From Podarcis tiliguerta (taxonomy: Eukaryota), in the NCBI GenBank assembly GCA_965153285.1, contig OZ229114.1: a DNA stretch of 64,000 nt; one strand, given 5' to 3'. The notes beneath the pieces were generated by a model. It saw only the letters and a list, made by a program, of their open reading frames with translations, had not been told where the DNA came from and ran no database searches. Position 1 is the stretch's first letter. Each line of letters opens with the position of its first letter. The translations under genes were made by a program, and so were the position numbers. Below are positions 61,343 to 64,000 of this stretch, in pieces.

Positions 61343-62149
61343 AACCTTCATCAAATATATTTTTAGGAGTCTGCTTGGATTATTTTGTTGTAGTGGATAA
61401 CAAGTTCTATCAAAGGTGGTCATCTAGCATAGGAATAGTCAGAACTTCTGTCCTTCATGGTTGTGCAGATACTCAAACCCTCGGCACATTGACTGGAACC
61501 ATGTGATGTCACTATGTTTGCAAAAGGTTAAAGACAGAAAACTAGAAATAGTTAATCACGGGATTTCAGTCAGTGTTAGAGCAAATGATAGTTTTTGTTT
61601 CTCTACTTGTCCATTGTCTCTTTCTTCATTTAAAACTATAGTTTTATGCAAACTATGTATTTAATACATAATCTGAGCACATTTTGCATGTTGAAAGTCC
61701 AGCGTTGAGTCTTCAGCATCTTTAGTTGTATGTGTATATGTGTGTGTTGTGTGTGTGTGTGTGTGTGTGTGTAATCTTAGGTGGCAAGACTGAAAAAGTC
61801 TTTAAATGTCTGGATACTTTGCTTCCACTCCTTTCTTCTGTTTATTTTTTGCCCTGCTCCTTTTCTGCCTTTCCAAAATCCTCACCTGTACTAGACCCTG
61901 AAAGGTGCACAAAGCTAGCAGCCCACCCTATCTATATTTGTCCACATTGCTTTAGATGTGGAAATGGGAAGTAGCCTGCTTTGTTCTGGAACTACACTGG
62001 GGAAGTTCATACCTTTTTAAAAATCAAATAAAAGATAGCACTTAAGACAAACATAAATGCACACCCCTCCCCTTCTCTGTTTCATGCTATGTGTGAGCTG
62101 AACATATCTTCATTCAAGTCTGTTCCATAGCATTTCCTTAGTAATCTCT

Positions 62150-62365
62150 ACTTTTTTTGTTAAAAAGCCTAATAAAAAAATACCATTTTAAAAACATATT
62201 TTCTCACAAAACAAGCCTTTCTAAACACATTTTGATACTTGTCCTAAGTGAGAACTGCATTGCAAAATTCAGAGAAGTGCAAAATATGAATTATAACGAT
62301 TCATTCACATGTAAATTCCCATCTGCACATTTGTCCAGGAGGTCAATTTATTTTGGAGTTTAGAA
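62150..62365 (+). repeat. Old unclassified interspersed repeat
   Basis: gagaactgcattgcaaaattcagagaagtgcaaaa motif. Confidence 0.55.
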
Positions 62366-63700
62366 AAATAAATTTCCTCTAGAATCCCTAATAGCATTGT
62401 TAGTAAAATGTGATCCACAGACAGCTTTGTTTGCACAACTGGCTAAGCCTACAGAATAGAAGAAAATTAAACTGGTAACTTTTCCTTCCAAGAACTTATT
62501 ATACACTCTCACCATATTTCCACCAACAGCAATTGCGATTCCAGAGTTAATATAATTTATTCTCTCAGCAGTGCTGCTCCACCAAGCTATTATTCCCTTT
62601 TTTCTTTTCTTGCCCCTCTTGGCTTAAACCTACATGAGAATCCTCTCTTGCAATTAGAAATTTCTTTATCGCAAACTATCACAGCCTCTTCCCACCCAGT
62701 CATATTGAATATTGATGCCTTCTGATATCAACATTTCTCTATGAAATATTCACATCCTGGTAGGAATAAGCTCTGCATTGGAGATTAGTCTTCATGCAGC
62801 CCTAGGTGATTAAGCCAAGATAACGGGCAGGGCTGTTAGTCGGAGGAGCAGACTTTTACAGACAACAGAAATTACACATTTCCATCTCGGGGGCTATCTT
62901 GCCCATTCAAAGGGAATGCTGAATGGTTGCATGGCAACTGCCTCAAGAATGCATGCATGGATCCCTCACTATATGGAACTGCAATCACTGAAGGCCATTC
63001 ATCAACTTCACTGGGGAACATGCTCATACATATCAGTTAAGCTCAGCAACTGCTGCCTTGTGCAAAGTGCTGGCAGATGATCTGTTAGTTCACAGCATCC
63101 ACCAGAACCTAATGAAACACTAAAATTCTCAGCATGGCCTGAAGAGTGTACAGATCCTCGTTCATCTCCCCCTGCCCTTGTAAAATCCCACAGGATGCAT
63201 TCTGAAATTGTAAGTACATAGCATTGAGAGTCTTAATGCATTATAGCCGAGTTCCCCTTGCCCCCCGCTAGTAAGCACAGGGAGAAAACAAAATATGACT
63301 CTGGTCTCATTTCTAGATTTCGGATGGCGACATTTTAAAAACAAGAACACTTTCTTTGTTTTTTTAAGGCATCTCGTGTTTCAGATTTCAGCGCTTCCTC
63401 TTCAAAAGGCTCATCCAGATGGCAGCATTCCACTCTTTGATTTGATTCAGTGGCACTCACTCAGGGACCCACGAAGTGACCTGGAACAAGTTGCTACATT
63501 GATCCCATGAGAAGCTAGTCATATCCATGGAACATTTTTCCAATGCAAGTTCCCTTTGTCAACTTCTTTAGCAAATGGAATTCAAACAGAATTCCTAGGT
63601 GGAATGGCATTCTCAGGCCCTCAAATTAGGGCCACCCCAAAAGTTACCAGTTAATGTTTTGATGGCATGTGATTGCATACAGTTTCCCTTATGCCTTATT

Positions 63701-64000
63701 ATTGGCTCCAAGTACATTTCCGAGCACAATTCAAAGTGTTGGTGCTGACCTTTAAAGCCCTAAATGGCCTCGGTCCTGTATACGTGAAGGAGCATCTCCA
63801 CCCCCATTCTTCGGCCCGGACACTGAGATCCAGCGCCGAGGGCCTTCTGGCGGTTCCCTCATTGCGAGAAGTGAGGTTACAGGGAACCAGACAGAGGGCC
63901 TTCTTGGTAGTGGCACCTGCCCTGTGGAACGCCCTCCCTTCAGATGTGAAGGAAATAAGCAGCTATCTTATCTTTAAAAGACATCCGAAGGCAACCCTGT
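63701..64000 (+). mobile_element. L2 LINE ORF2 C-terminal fragment (runs off the window)
   Basis: Open frame WLQVHFRAQFKVLVLTFKALNGLGPVYVKEHL...GTRQRAFLVVAPALWNALPSDVKEI. Confidence 0.95.

Noticed and set aside
1-64000. Host protein-coding genes among the short ORFs in the track
   Set aside because: All are under 175 aa. Those with recognisable motifs are LINE fragments and the rest resemble no protein family I recognise. Small spliced exons cannot be excluded without alignment.

Overview
Non-coding, transposon-rich vertebrate DNA. The repeat content (Sauria SINEs, BovB, MIR-derived Squam3-like SINEs, a tRNA-Lys/CR1-tail SINE, lizard-type L1/L2/CR1, Tigger/hAT/Harbinger MITEs, Gypsy-type solo LTRs) points to a squamate, most likely a lacertid lizard. 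I recognise no host protein-coding exon. The only recognisable ORFs are C-terminal LINE fragments, so the window is probably a large intron or gene desert, with one 177-N gap. The most interesting signal is a dispersed family of 650-780 bp elements without target-site duplications (3123-3814, 29431-30080, 50500-51258, 52071-52853, plus shorter relatives). They have TTGCG...CGCAA-type inverted termini, CCAAT/TATA-like motifs and a CAATAAAGTTGTGGCC poly(A) block. Despite strong sequence divergence they conserve, with compensatory changes, an ENE-like U-rich internal loop (candidate poly(A) triple helix) and long-range stems that fold the poly(A) signal back beside that loop. A decayed Penelope-type hammerhead ribozyme, an ORF-less RTE derivative and several nested insertions are also present. 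Family names come from my recognition of sequence motifs, not from database searches.
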